Made by a program: the position numbers and the translations under genes
DNA from: Bacteroidia bacterium
GTDB lineage: Bacteria; Bacteroidota; Bacteroidia; NS11-12g; UBA955
Direction of reading: 5' to 3'
Length of the DNA stretch: 48,952 nt
Assembly: GCA_044371405.1 (NCBI GenBank)
Contig: JBILTS010000001.1
Location: 1-48,952 of the forward strand
Notes under the pieces: generated by a model
The model's input: the letters and a program-made list of their open reading frames with translations, nothing else
What the model was told of the DNA's origin: nothing
Databases searched by the model: none
Part shown: positions 34,039-44,034 of the stretch, one piece after another
How the letters are laid out: every line of letters starts with the position of its first letter
Numbering within the stretch: position 1 is the stretch's first letter

Positions 34039-36876
34039 ATGAAATTATTGTTTGGATTGTTGTTTACCACCACCCTGGGCTTGCAGGCACAAACCCTCAT
34101 CCATAAAGTCAATCCCTTTATCGGAACCGGCGGACACGGCCACACCTACCCCGGTGCTACCGCTCCTTTTGGCATGGTGCAACTGAGCCCTGATACGCGG
34201 CTGGACGGCTGGGATGGCTGCAGTGGCTATCATTATGACGATAGCATCTGCTATGGCTTCTCACACACCCACCTCAGCGGTACCGGTGTTTCAGATTATG
34301 GCGATTTGCTCGTTAGGCCCGGAATAAAACCACTCACTTTTCAGCACAAAAACGAAACCGCCCACCCCGGTTATTATGCCGTAACATTCAACAACAGCGT
34401 TTTTGCCGAAATGACCGCCGGAACCCGCGAAGGCATGCACCATTACCGATTTCCGGCTGGACAAAAACCCGTTATTGTAATCGATCTTGAGCACCGCGAT
34501 TATGTGTTGGATGGCCATATTCAAATAGAAAAAAACCGCATCTCAGGTCATCGCATCAGCAAGGCCTGGGCAGAAGAACAGCACTTTTATTTTCACCTCA
34601 CCACATCTGCCACCCCTGACTCTGTGGCCATATTAAAAACCAAAAACAGCCAGACACGTGCTGTGGCACTCTATTTTGCCCAAGGAAATCAGGATGTTTA
34701 CATTGCGGCCAACATTTCCTTTGCATCGCCTCCGGTTTCCCAAAACCCGAACCCGGGCCCTCAGTCGTTTGAAAACCTCAAAAAACAAACACAAGCCGCC
34801 TGGGAAAAGCAACTGGGAAAGATTGTGGTAAAAGGAACTGCCGAGCAGGAAAGCATCTTCTACACCGCCCTCTACCATACCATGATTGTGCCCAATATAG
34901 TAAGCGATGCCAATGGCAATTACCTGGGCATGGATAAAAAGCAACATGCCGGCAAAGGCGATCATTATTCGGTTTTTTCATTGTGGGATACTTACCGCGC
35001 CACACATCCGCTCTATACCCTCATCGAACAACAGCGCACCCTTGATTTCATGAAAACCTTCCTGCGCATGTATCGCCAGAGTGGACGATTGCCGGTTTGG
35101 GAACTGGCATCCAATGAAACCAACTGCATGATTGGCTACCATGCAGTTTCGGTTATTGCCGATGCCATGGCCAAAGGCATCATATCCGACAGTGCCGTAG
35201 CACTGCTGGAAGCCGCTGTTAAAACAGCAGAGAAGCCCGTTTTTGGACTGGATGATTATATGAAATACGGCTTCCTGAGCATGGAAAATGAAAGCGAATC
35301 GGTGAGCAAAACCCTGGAGTATGCCTACAATGACTGGTGCATTGCCCGCATGGCGGAAATGCTGGGTAAAGACAGCATTGCCAAGGTGTTTTACCGAAGG
35401 TGTGGTTCTTGGGTGAATGTATTTGACCCCAAAAGCGGCCACATGAGGCCCCGCACCTACGGCCGCTGGCTGAGCCCTTTTGAGCCCAAAGAAGTTAACA
35501 ACCACTACACAGAGGCCAATAGCTGGCAGTATTCATTCTCAGTTCCCCATGATTTGCAGGATTGGTTAGGTGCCATGATTAACCACGGCCCTCACACACT
35601 GGAATCTATGCTGGACAGTCTGTTTACCACAACCAGCAAAACCGTAGGCCGCGAGCAGGCCGATATCACCGGACTCATAGGGCAATATGCCCACGGCAAC
35701 GAGCCCAGCCACCACATTGCCTATTTATACAATTCAGCCGGAAAACCCCATAAAACCCAGGAGAAAGTGAGACAAATTCTGGAAACCTTGTACCACAATA
35801 AACCAGACGGACTGAGCGGGAACGAAGACTGCGGACAAATGAGTGCCTGGTATGTACTCAGCAGCATGGGTTTTTACCCGGTTTGCCCCGGTGACGACCG
35901 CTACAGCATCGGATATCCGCTGTTTCAAAAATCACAACTTTCGTTTGAAAACGGCAAACAACTGCAGATTCTAAAAAAAGGCAAGGGCCATTACATTGCC
36001 GCTGTGATGTTAAATGGCATAGCGGTTGAACGAAACTATCTGTTTCAGCGAGAATTAACAGACGGCGGCAAACTGGTATTTACAATGGCATCTAAACCCA
36101 TAAAATGGGCCACCGGCGATAAAAACGGCTTTTTTACTAACGTAAAGGAAAGTAGCACAGCGGCACCCTTGTTCAATTTCAGCAATATAGCCTTCGATGA
36201 CAGCATGGCGGTGAACATCAATGCGCGTTTTGGCAGGGACTTTACCGTTCGGTTTTTTCAAGACAATCAAGAGAAAAGCCGGATGATCGTGCATGGAATC
36301 GACCCATACAAAGCCGCCGACACAACCCTGATTTTGAAAGCAAGTGTCTGCCTCGAGGCCTTTCATCCCGGTGGAGCCATAGCAAGGGCCTGCTTTTTCA
36401 AAAAACCCAATCAGTGGAAAGTGACCATTTTAAACCCATTACATTTACAATACACCGGTGGTGGAAACCAAGCCCTGTGCGATGGTGTGAGGGGTGATGC
36501 AGAATGGCAAAAAGGGAACTGGCAGGGCATACAGGGGCAACCCTATGAGGCCATCATAGATCTGGGCGACACCCAAACCATCACATCATTGCATGCGGGT
36601 TTTTTACAAGATACCCGCAGCTGGATTGTGTACCCGCGAAATGTGAGCTATATGTTTTCATTGGATGGAAAAACCTGGTCAAACGCTTGCGGAACCATGA
36701 ATAACATTCCCATAGACAGTCTGGGTTCGCAAAAACAAACCATAAGTACCTATACCAAACCCATAAAGTCGCGCTATGTAAAAATACGGGCGGCCCAGCA
36801 CGGAACATTGCCGGAATGGCACCCCGGAGCAGGCGGCGAGACTTTCATTTTTGTAGATGAACTGGAAGTTCGATAA
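34039..36876 (+). CDS. GH92 alpha-mannosidase with C-terminal F5/8 type C (discoidin) domain
   Basis: GTGGHGHTYPGATAPFGMVQLSPDT and further GH92 blocks (HEPSHH-like GNEPSHHIAY, NEDCGQMSAW). Signal peptide MKLLFGLLFTTTLGLQAQ. The C-terminal ~150 aa are discoidin-like. Confidence 0.9.
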   Translation: MKLLFGLLFTTTLGLQAQTLIHKVNPFIGTGGHGHTYPGATAPFGMVQLSPDTRLDGWDGCSGYHYDDSICYGFSHTHLSGTGVSDYGDLLVRPGIKPLTFQHKNETAHPGYYAVTFNNSVFAEMTAGTREGMHHYRFPAGQKPVIVIDLEHRDYVLDGHIQIEKNRISGHRISKAWAEEQHFYFHLTTSATPDSVAILKTKNSQTRAVALYFAQGNQDVYIAANISFASPPVSQNPNPGPQSFENLKKQTQAAWEKQLGKIVVKGTAEQESIFYTALYHTMIVPNIVSDANGNYLGMDKKQHAGKGDHYSVFSLWDTYRATHPLYTLIEQQRTLDFMKTFLRMYRQSGRLPVWELASNETNCMIGYHAVSVIADAMAKGIISDSAVALLEAAVKTAEKPVFGLDDYMKYGFLSMENESESVSKTLEYAYNDWCIARMAEMLGKDSIAKVFYRRCGSWVNVFDPKSGHMRPRTYGRWLSPFEPKEVNNHYTEANSWQYSFSVPHDLQDWLGAMINHGPHTLESMLDSLFTTTSKTVGREQADITGLIGQYAHGNEPSHHIAYLYNSAGKPHKTQEKVRQILETLYHNKPDGLSGNEDCGQMSAWYVLSSMGFYPVCPGDDRYSIGYPLFQKSQLSFENGKQLQILKKGKGHYIAAVMLNGIAVERNYLFQRELTDGGKLVFTMASKPIKWATGDKNGFFTNVKESSTAAPLFNFSNIAFDDSMAVNINARFGRDFTVRFFQDNQEKSRMIVHGIDPYKAADTTLILKASVCLEAFHPGGAIARACFFKKPNQWKVTILNPLHLQYTGGGNQALCDGVRGDAEWQKGNWQGIQGQPYEAIIDLGDTQTITSLHAGFLQDTRSWIVYPRNVSYMFSLDGKTWSNACGTMNNIPIDSLGSQKQTISTYTKPIKSRYVKIRAAQHGTLPEWHPGAGGETFIFVDELEVR

Positions 36877-37066
36877 CAGTATTTGCGCCTGTCTACCCCA
36901 ACCGAATATGCCTTTATGAAAATGTAATTCAAACATTTAAGGTCAATTATTCTACAAAAATTAATCGTTATTTGAACGCGGTGACATAATTGTTGTCATA
37001 TTTCTATGTTTTTATACATATAGTTAATATAAATTCGCCCAATTTCGCATTGTCAACTAAACAACC

Positions 37067-37423
37067 ATGAGGGGAAAAAATCACATCGGTCAGCGCATCA
37101 GACTTGCAAGACTTTCTAAAGGGTGGACGCAGGAAGATCTCGCCGAAAAAATTAACAAAACCCGCCCTATGATTTCGCACATCGAGAGAACAGGGAGCAT
37201 CACATTTGATACCTTAGAGCAGATTGCCAAAGGGTTGGGAATTGAGCTTGCAGATCTGCAGAATGTGAGCAGCGAACAGATTTTATCACCATCTACCATG
37301 GATAGTCCTGAGTGGAAAGCCTTGGTGCGCGAAAATGAGCTTCTGGCTGAACTGGTGGAAAATCAACGTGTCAGAATCCTTTATTTGGAAACTGAACTAA
37401 AACGCTGGAAAGAAATCCATTAA
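37067..37423 (+). CDS. XRE-family helix-turn-helix transcriptional regulator with C-terminal coiled coil
   Basis: IGQRIRLARLSKGWTQEDLAEKINKTRPMISHIERTG is a classic HTH_3/XRE motif. Confidence 0.8.
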   Translation: MRGKNHIGQRIRLARLSKGWTQEDLAEKINKTRPMISHIERTGSITFDTLEQIAKGLGIELADLQNVSSEQILSPSTMDSPEWKALVRENELLAELVENQRVRILYLETELKRWKEIH

Positions 37424-37427
37424 TACG

Positions 37428-38942
37428 TTAAGGCGTCAAACGCCCATACATTCTGGGGAACGGGATACTCTCTCGGACATGTTTCAGACCGCATATCCAG
37501 GTTACCATTCGCTCCAGTCCCAGACCGAAGCCACTGTGCGGCACTGAACCAAACCTTCTTAAATCCAGATACCATTCAAAGGCCTCCATGGGCAATTCGT
37601 GTTCCACGATTTTTTCCTTGAGTAATTCCAGGTTGGTTTCCCTTTCACCACCACCCACAATTTCACCATATCCTTCAGGTGCCAGCACATCCACCCCCCT
37701 GGCGAATTCCGGATTTTCAGGGTTTCGTTTCAGGTAAAATGCCTTCACGGCGTGCGGCCAGTCATAAACCATTATTGGAGAATCAAACAACCGGGTAATC
37801 ACGGTTTCATCGCTACCGCCAAAATCATTCCCGTATTCAAACTCCTTTGCACTCTTGATCCATTGGGGAATATTTCGGGCATCCTCTTCCAGGTCGGCCT
37901 TTTCCTGCTTGAGGGCATCTATTTTACTCTGAAAGAAGTTGATTTCGCCTTTTTTCATGCCGCCGCCGGCAATCTTAGTCTCACGGTCTTCTATTTCGGC
38001 ATCCACCTCATTCAGTCGGCTCGAAACGCGTCTTAGTTCTTCCTCTAGACTGCCGATTCCATTCTTGCCGTTAACATCCTGTTCACCTTTGATTATGCGC
38101 ACAGCTTCATCATACGTAAGCCGCGGAAATTTCTTGAGACTGCTTTCCAGTATGGAAATATCCCTTCCAATAGTCTTCAACTCCTGCTTACAATTTGCCA
38201 ATACATCCTGGATAATGGCCTGAAGCATACCTTCAATACAATCCATATTCTGGAAAATATCATAGAATGCCATTTCCGGCTCTATCATCCAAAATTCACT
38301 CAAATGCCTCCTGGTTTTGCTTTTTTCTGCCCTAAACGTAGGACCAAAGGTATAAATTCTGCCCATGGCCATAGCCATAGCTTCGCCATACAGCTGGCCA
38401 CTCTGACTCAGATAGGCCGGTTCCCCATAGAAGTCTGTTTCAAAAAGGGTGCTCGTTCCTTCGCAGGCATTACCGGTAAAAATAGGCGCATCCATCTGCA
38501 CAAAACCCTGATCCTGAAAATACTGATGTATACTGTAGATGATGCGGTTGCGTATGCGCATGATGGCCCACTGTCGGGTGCTGCGCAGCCAAAGATGCCG
38601 CTGATCCATCAAAAACTCTACACCATGCTCTTTTTTGGCAATCGGATAATTTTCACTTGCACCAATGGGTTGAACCTCCGTAACGTGTAATTCATAGCCT
38701 CCAATCTGCTTTTCGTCAGCCACCACATTTCCGGTTAGCACCACGCTACTCTCCAAAGAAAGATGCTGTGCATTTTGCAGCCCTGCTGCACCGGCAGTTT
38801 CTTCCGTTACAACGCACTGACAATATCCGGTGCCATCTCGCAAAATGATGAAAACAATTCCTTTTCCTTCGCGCTTGTTGGAAACCCAGCCCTTTAGGGT
38901 TGCGGTTTTGCCTGAAGCGTTGTGCAATTCCTCTATATACAT
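37428..38942 (-). CDS. asnS: Asparagine--tRNA ligase with an internal helical insertion
   Basis: Class II motifs, including FRAEKSKTRRHLSEFWMIEPEMAF, which is typical of AsnRS. Start at the ATG at 38942. Confidence 0.85.
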   Translation of the reverse strand: MYIEELHNASGKTATLKGWVSNKREGKGIVFIILRDGTGYCQCVVTEETAGAAGLQNAQHLSLESSVVLTGNVVADEKQIGGYELHVTEVQPIGASENYPIAKKEHGVEFLMDQRHLWLRSTRQWAIMRIRNRIIYSIHQYFQDQGFVQMDAPIFTGNACEGTSTLFETDFYGEPAYLSQSGQLYGEAMAMAMGRIYTFGPTFRAEKSKTRRHLSEFWMIEPEMAFYDIFQNMDCIEGMLQAIIQDVLANCKQELKTIGRDISILESSLKKFPRLTYDEAVRIIKGEQDVNGKNGIGSLEEELRRVSSRLNEVDAEIEDRETKIAGGGMKKGEINFFQSKIDALKQEKADLEEDARNIPQWIKSAKEFEYGNDFGGSDETVITRLFDSPIMVYDWPHAVKAFYLKRNPENPEFARGVDVLAPEGYGEIVGGGERETNLELLKEKIVEHELPMEAFEWYLDLRRFGSVPHSGFGLGLERMVTWICGLKHVRESIPFPRMYGRLTP

Positions 38943-38957
38943 ACCGTGTAAATACGT

Positions 38958-38965
38958 TACTTTTG
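38958..38965 (+). promoter_or_regulatory. -7 box TACTTTTG for rpoN
   Basis: Perfect TAnnTTTG 44 nt upstream of the ATG at 39010. Confidence 0.35.
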
Positions 38966-38976
38966 TACTGTATTTG

Positions 38977-38984
38977 CAAAGGTA
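38977..38984 (-). promoter_or_regulatory. -7 box TACCTTTG for asnS
   Basis: Perfect TAnnTTTG on the minus strand, 34 nt upstream of the ATG at 38942. It overlaps the palindrome TTTGCAAA. Confidence 0.35.
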
Positions 38985-39009
38985 ACGCAAACGAGGTTAA
39001 GCAAAAAGA

Positions 39010-40467
39010 ATGAGTTCGCTGAAGCAGAATTTAAGCCAGAAAATGTTGCAGAAATTAAGTCCGCAACAGATTCAGTTCATCAAACTGCTGCAACTTAACA
39101 CCCAGGATTTTGAGGAAAAAGTAGAGCAGGAACTGCTTGATAATCCCGCTCTGGAAGACAACCGCACCGAGAACCCGGAAGACAATTACGACAATTCCGA
39201 CGAATTTGGCGAAGATGATTACCTAAGCAATGATGTGGATGTGGATGACCTGCTGCGGGCCAATAGCGGCGATGACGACGGCGGATTCCAACTCAACGAG
39301 GATTACAGTGGGGATGAACAAAAAGAAATGCCCCTGGCCAGCCAGGGAAGTTTTCAGGAATATTTAACAGAGCAGGCAAGAGCTACCTTTTATGACGAGG
39401 TAGACCTTCAGTTGGCTACACACCTCATCAACTCTATTGAAGAGGATGGCTATTTGCGAAGGGAATTACGCAGTATTGTGAATGACCTGGCTTTCAATGA
39501 AAACATCATCACCACCGAGGAGCACCTTGAAAAACTGCTAATCAAAATACAGAATTTTGATCCTGCGGGCATTGCGGCGCGCGACTTGCAGGAATGTTTG
39601 CTGTTGCAGTTATATAAAAAGGACTACGGCGATAATCCTGCCATCACGCTGGCAGAAACCATCATTTCAGAGCAAATGGAGGCCTTTAGCAAAAAGCATT
39701 ACGATAAAATAAAAAGGTCGCTGAAAATCAATGATGAACAGCTTAAAGATGCCATTTCAGAAATTGTTAAACTCAATCCAAAGCCGGGAGAAACAGGATC
39801 AGGATCCAATAAAACACAATACATCGTACCCGATTTTATTGTAAACGGCACCGGCGGAGACATTGAAGTACGGCTCAATTCCAGAAACACCCCCGAGCTG
39901 CGCATTTCTGCCTCGTATGCGGAAACACTGAGGGCCTACGAGCATTCTGGTAAAAACGATAAAAACCTCAAAGATGCTGTGCAGTATATCAAACAAAAAC
40001 TGGATGGGGCCAAGTGGTTTATCGATAGCGTAAAACAACGTCAGAACACCCTGCTGAGCACCATGCACGCCATTGTTTCAAGACAAAAGGATTTCTTCGA
40101 AGAAGGCGACGAAACCTGTCTGAAACCCATGATTTTAAAAGACATAGCCCAGCAGGTGAACCTCGATATCAGCACCATCAGCCGGGTGGCCAACAGCAAA
40201 TACGTTGAAACCGATTTCGGTATTTTCCCCCTCAAATTCTTTTTCAGTGAAGGCATCGTAACCGAAGAAGGCGAAGAAGTAAGCAACCGTGAAATTAAAA
40301 AAATTCTGTCGGATGCCATTGGAGCAGAAAACAAGAAAAAACCGCTTACCGATGAGGCACTGATGGAATTGCTAAAGGTGAAGGGCTATAATATTGCCCG
40401 CCGCACAGTGGCAAAATACCGCGAACAGCTAAACATTCCTGTGGCGCGATTGCGGAAGGAATTGTAA
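39010..40467 (+). CDS. rpoN: RNA polymerase sigma-54 factor
   Basis: Region I (LQKLSPQQIQFIKLLQL), an acidic region II and the C-terminal RpoN box ARRTVAKYREQLNIP. Confidence 0.95.
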   Translation: MSSLKQNLSQKMLQKLSPQQIQFIKLLQLNTQDFEEKVEQELLDNPALEDNRTENPEDNYDNSDEFGEDDYLSNDVDVDDLLRANSGDDDGGFQLNEDYSGDEQKEMPLASQGSFQEYLTEQARATFYDEVDLQLATHLINSIEEDGYLRRELRSIVNDLAFNENIITTEEHLEKLLIKIQNFDPAGIAARDLQECLLLQLYKKDYGDNPAITLAETIISEQMEAFSKKHYDKIKRSLKINDEQLKDAISEIVKLNPKPGETGSGSNKTQYIVPDFIVNGTGGDIEVRLNSRNTPELRISASYAETLRAYEHSGKNDKNLKDAVQYIKQKLDGAKWFIDSVKQRQNTLLSTMHAIVSRQKDFFEEGDETCLKPMILKDIAQQVNLDISTISRVANSKYVETDFGIFPLKFFFSEGIVTEEGEEVSNREIKKILSDAIGAENKKKPLTDEALMELLKVKGYNIARRTVAKYREQLNIPVARLRKEL

Positions 40468-40531
40468 GCCGGCATCCATTATCTTTCTGTTAAATCTGCT
40501 GCCTGCAGTTCCGTGCTGCGTATCGGCTAAA

Positions 40532-40539
40532 TACCTTTG
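40532..40539 (+). promoter_or_regulatory. -7 box TACCTTTG
   Basis: Perfect TAnnTTTG 4 nt upstream of the GTG at 40544. Confidence 0.35.
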
Positions 40540-40543
40540 AATT

Positions 40544-41197
40544 GTGATACCCGCGGCCATCAAACAGCTCATTTTTCCGAGCGATGAGGTTTTTTATACC
40601 TTGTTTAATAGAGGCGCCGCTATGGTGGTAAAAATGTCAGACTGTCTTAATGAAATTCTAAATGAAACTGATTTCTCTGAAGACAAATGGTCATCTGCCC
40701 TCGCAGAAATGAAATTATTGTATGAAGATAGTCAGCAAAATTACAGGCATTCAGTTAAACGACTTTCACGGGTATTTATTACCCCAATTGACAGGGAATC
40801 AGTGCACCAGTTGGCCGTTGATCTGCATGCTGTTGCCCGAACAATCTATCTGGTTCCGCGGTCATTAACCCGACACAAAGAGCATCTCCCTGATGAATAT
40901 GCAAAGTATCTGGGACATTTATTAATAAAATCCACAGCAGAACTTGAGAAAATGGTTCAGGATATTGGTACCACCAAGAGAACATTTGTTATGCATCATG
41001 CAAAGGAGATTTTTGCGGTAAAGCGTGAAATGGAAATTACTTATGACCGTGCACTTCAGAACCTATATCAGGAAAACTTCAGCCCCGCCCAGTTTATTCG
41101 TAAACTTGAAGCATACAATTCCATAAAAGAAGTAGGGGATCTTTGCCGAAACACAGCAAATACGGCAGAGGGCATAGTATTGACGCATGTAGGATGA
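40544..41197 (+). CDS. DUF47 (PhoU-like, YkaA-type) protein, divergent paralog 1
   Basis: GTG start. It aligns with the downstream paralog (FPSDEVFYTLFNR vs LPKDRIFYSLFEQ; ITPIDRESVHQLA vs ITPFDREDIHYLA). Confidence 0.65.
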   Translation: MIPAAIKQLIFPSDEVFYTLFNRGAAMVVKMSDCLNEILNETDFSEDKWSSALAEMKLLYEDSQQNYRHSVKRLSRVFITPIDRESVHQLAVDLHAVARTIYLVPRSLTRHKEHLPDEYAKYLGHLLIKSTAELEKMVQDIGTTKRTFVMHHAKEIFAVKREMEITYDRALQNLYQENFSPAQFIRKLEAYNSIKEVGDLCRNTANTAEGIVLTHVG

Positions 41198-41260
41198 CAA
41201 TCCAATATTATTATATTGTTAATTTTGTTTTAATACGCCATTCCTAAATGATAACCAAAA

Positions 41261-41268
41261 TAGTTTTG
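41261..41268 (+). promoter_or_regulatory. -7 box TAGTTTTG
   Basis: Perfect TAnnTTTG 20 nt upstream of the ATG at 41289. Confidence 0.35.
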
Positions 41269-41288
41269 CAGTAATAAAAAGTTAAAGC

Positions 41289-41936
41289 ATGGCATTCAAC
41301 AACATCATGAAAATCTTCCTGCCCAAGGATCGAATTTTCTACAGTTTATTTGAGCAGGTGGCCGAAAAAGTAACCCTGATGGGAAGGCTGCTACAGGAAT
41401 TTGTGTATGAGGCAGATGACGACAAGCGCTTGGCGCTGTCCAAGCAAATAGAGGATTTAGAGCACCAGAATGATGAACTGACCCACCAGATTTTTCAGGA
41501 ACTGGGCAGAAACTTCATCACCCCTTTTGACCGTGAAGACATCCACTATCTGGCGGGTGCCTTAGACGATGTTGCAGATTATATCTATGCGAGCTGCAAG
41601 AAAATTCAGTTTCATGGTGTCAATCCCAATGACCAGGGCATCCAAAAAATGGCGGAAGTCATCAACCAGAGCGCCACTGAAATTGGCAGAGCCGTTATGC
41701 AGCTGCGTGAACTTAAACGTCCTGAGAAAATTTCTGAATGCCTCGTAAAGGTAAACAGTCTGGAGAACCATGCCGATGACATCTTCGACATGAGTATCAA
41801 AAAATTATTTGAAACCGAAAATGATTTTAAGGAACTGATTCGCAGAAGAGAGGTTTATACCGTAATGGAAGTAGCTACCGACAAATGCGAAGATGTTGCC
41901 AATGTGATTGAAACCATCATTGTTAAGTACGCCTAA
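41289..41936 (+). CDS. DUF47 (PhoU-like, YkaA-type) phosphate-transport-associated protein, paralog 2
   Basis: Typical DUF47 sequence, located immediately upstream of a PiT transporter. Confidence 0.8.
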   Translation: MAFNNIMKIFLPKDRIFYSLFEQVAEKVTLMGRLLQEFVYEADDDKRLALSKQIEDLEHQNDELTHQIFQELGRNFITPFDREDIHYLAGALDDVADYIYASCKKIQFHGVNPNDQGIQKMAEVINQSATEIGRAVMQLRELKRPEKISECLVKVNSLENHADDIFDMSIKKLFETENDFKELIRRREVYTVMEVATDKCEDVANVIETIIVKYA

Positions 41937-41960
41937 ACAACACTTCATAACTAACTTTAC

Positions 41961-43646
41961 ATGACACTTGTAATTGTCATAATTGCGCTGGCGCTAATCT
42001 TTGATTACATTAATGGTTTTCACGATGCGGCCAATTCCATTGCCACCGTGGTGAGCACCAAGGTACTAACCCCATTGCAAGCCGTACTATGGGCTGCACT
42101 ATTCAATTTTGCCGCTTTTTTTATCTTTAAAGATCACGCTGTTGCCAACACCATCGGCAAAACAGTGATAGACACCTACATCACCCTTCCGGTTATTCTG
42201 GCAGGTTTGGTCGCGGCGATTTTCTGGAACCTCCTCACCTGGTGGTATGGCATACCTTCCTCATCATCGCACACCTTGATTGGTGGTTTTGCCGGTGCGG
42301 CTGTAGCTCATGCCTATATGACCAAAGGTTTTGTAGCATTCAGCAGTGTGGTGGAAATGGAGAAAATTGTAAAAACGCTCTTATTTATTTTCCTGGCTCC
42401 CATGATAGGTATGCTCATTTCCATGTTCATGGCACTGGTAACCATTCACCGCAATCTTTGGATTAAACTGGGAATTATTGGTGCAACTTCTGTGGCTACC
42501 TGGTTCATGTTTATGCATTTTCAGCAGGGTAAAATGGAAGAAAACCTGCAAAAATTCTTCCGTGTAGACAAATACAAAAAAGAGGTAGAGAAAAATCCGG
42601 ATAACGAAGAAGCAAAAGCAAAACTGGAAAAAGCTACTGCCAATTACAATACGGCGTTGCCTTATCTGGCAGATTACAATAGGTTAGGTGCTGAAAAGGT
42701 AGCTGAAAATATCGCTGAAGCTGTGTCTTTTAAAGATCTTGAAACCAGTAAATTGAAGGATATTGTAAGCAAAACAGCGAAGCTTGATCGATTGAAAAAG
42801 GAAGCGTTTTATGATGAATCAAAGAAACCTCAACTGGAAGCCCTGACTGCTAAAATAAATGACCTCAAACCATTATTTAAATATCATCAAGAATTATTAG
42901 CCCAAAAGACAGCAGCTGACAGCACGGCTGCAGACAGCATTACAGAGGTGGTTGCCCATACCATGGGATTCAGCGGTGCTGATGAAGACAAGTTAAAAAA
43001 AGCTTTTAATATTGATTTGACCAAGGATTTGACCAAGGAAATCGGGAAGGCGGATAATTCCTTTCTTCGGTACGCTCTATTATGCGTCATTTTAATTTTC
43101 GTGTTGTCTTACATATACATTGAGAAACTCCGCAAACCGTCTGCCAACCGCACTGCCAATATGTTCAAGAAACTTCAGTTGCTTTCTTCTGCTGCTTTCT
43201 CACTCGGCCATGGCGGCAACGACGCCCAAAAAGTAATGGGGATTATTGGGGCTGCACTGATTGCCAACGGCAACATCAGTGACTTTAAAGACCTGCCCAA
43301 CTGGGTTCCACTGGCATGCTACGGAGCCATTGGACTGGGAACCCTGAGCGGTGGCTGGAAAATCGTAAAAACCATGGGAACCCGCATTACCAAGGTGACT
43401 CCGCTGGAAGGTGTAAGTGCAGAAACCGCCGGAGCCGTAACATTGTTCATGACCGAACAAATGGGCATTCCCGTTAGTACCACCCATACCATTACCGGCT
43501 CTATTATTGGAGTAGGAGCCACCAAACGCTTGAGTGCTGTTCGCTGGGGAGTTACCCGCAACCTGCTGGTGGCCTGGCTGCTGACCATTCCGGTAAGCGC
43601 TGCCGTAGCGGGGCTTTGCTACTGGATTATAAGGATGTTTTTGTAG
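41961..43646 (+). CDS. Inorganic phosphate transporter, PiT (PHO4) family, with a long central hydrophilic loop
   Basis: GFHDAANSIAT and the mirrored GHGGNDAQK signature motifs; 561 aa. Confidence 0.9.
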   Translation: MTLVIVIIALALIFDYINGFHDAANSIATVVSTKVLTPLQAVLWAALFNFAAFFIFKDHAVANTIGKTVIDTYITLPVILAGLVAAIFWNLLTWWYGIPSSSSHTLIGGFAGAAVAHAYMTKGFVAFSSVVEMEKIVKTLLFIFLAPMIGMLISMFMALVTIHRNLWIKLGIIGATSVATWFMFMHFQQGKMEENLQKFFRVDKYKKEVEKNPDNEEAKAKLEKATANYNTALPYLADYNRLGAEKVAENIAEAVSFKDLETSKLKDIVSKTAKLDRLKKEAFYDESKKPQLEALTAKINDLKPLFKYHQELLAQKTAADSTAADSITEVVAHTMGFSGADEDKLKKAFNIDLTKDLTKEIGKADNSFLRYALLCVILIFVLSYIYIEKLRKPSANRTANMFKKLQLLSSAAFSLGHGGNDAQKVMGIIGAALIANGNISDFKDLPNWVPLACYGAIGLGTLSGGWKIVKTMGTRITKVTPLEGVSAETAGAVTLFMTEQMGIPVSTTHTITGSIIGVGATKRLSAVRWGVTRNLLVAWLLTIPVSAAVAGLCYWIIRMFL

Positions 43647-44034
43647 CAGGTAATCTCTAAAATATTTATATAAAACGAAAAAGGGCTGCTTAAAAGTTTA
43701 ACTATCTTAAAATGATAACCGTGAAATAGTAAATATCACGAGCTATAATCCATAATTGTTGATTTTATTTTAAAGATCATAATCGGTTTTTTCAAATATT
43801 TATTTATTTTTTCTATTATATATTTCTAATTTTAAAAATTCAACCAACAAATTATAAGTATGTTTATGATTCAATAATAGGAATTTATAAATTATCTGTT
43901 AATATTGTGGCACGTTGTCTAGATTTTTGAAATATGCATATATTTAGCTAGGTATTTGAAAATGCTAAAATTCATCACATTAGGACAAAATAAATATTAA
44001 TTAACTAAGCAATTAATAAAAAATAAATAAAAGC

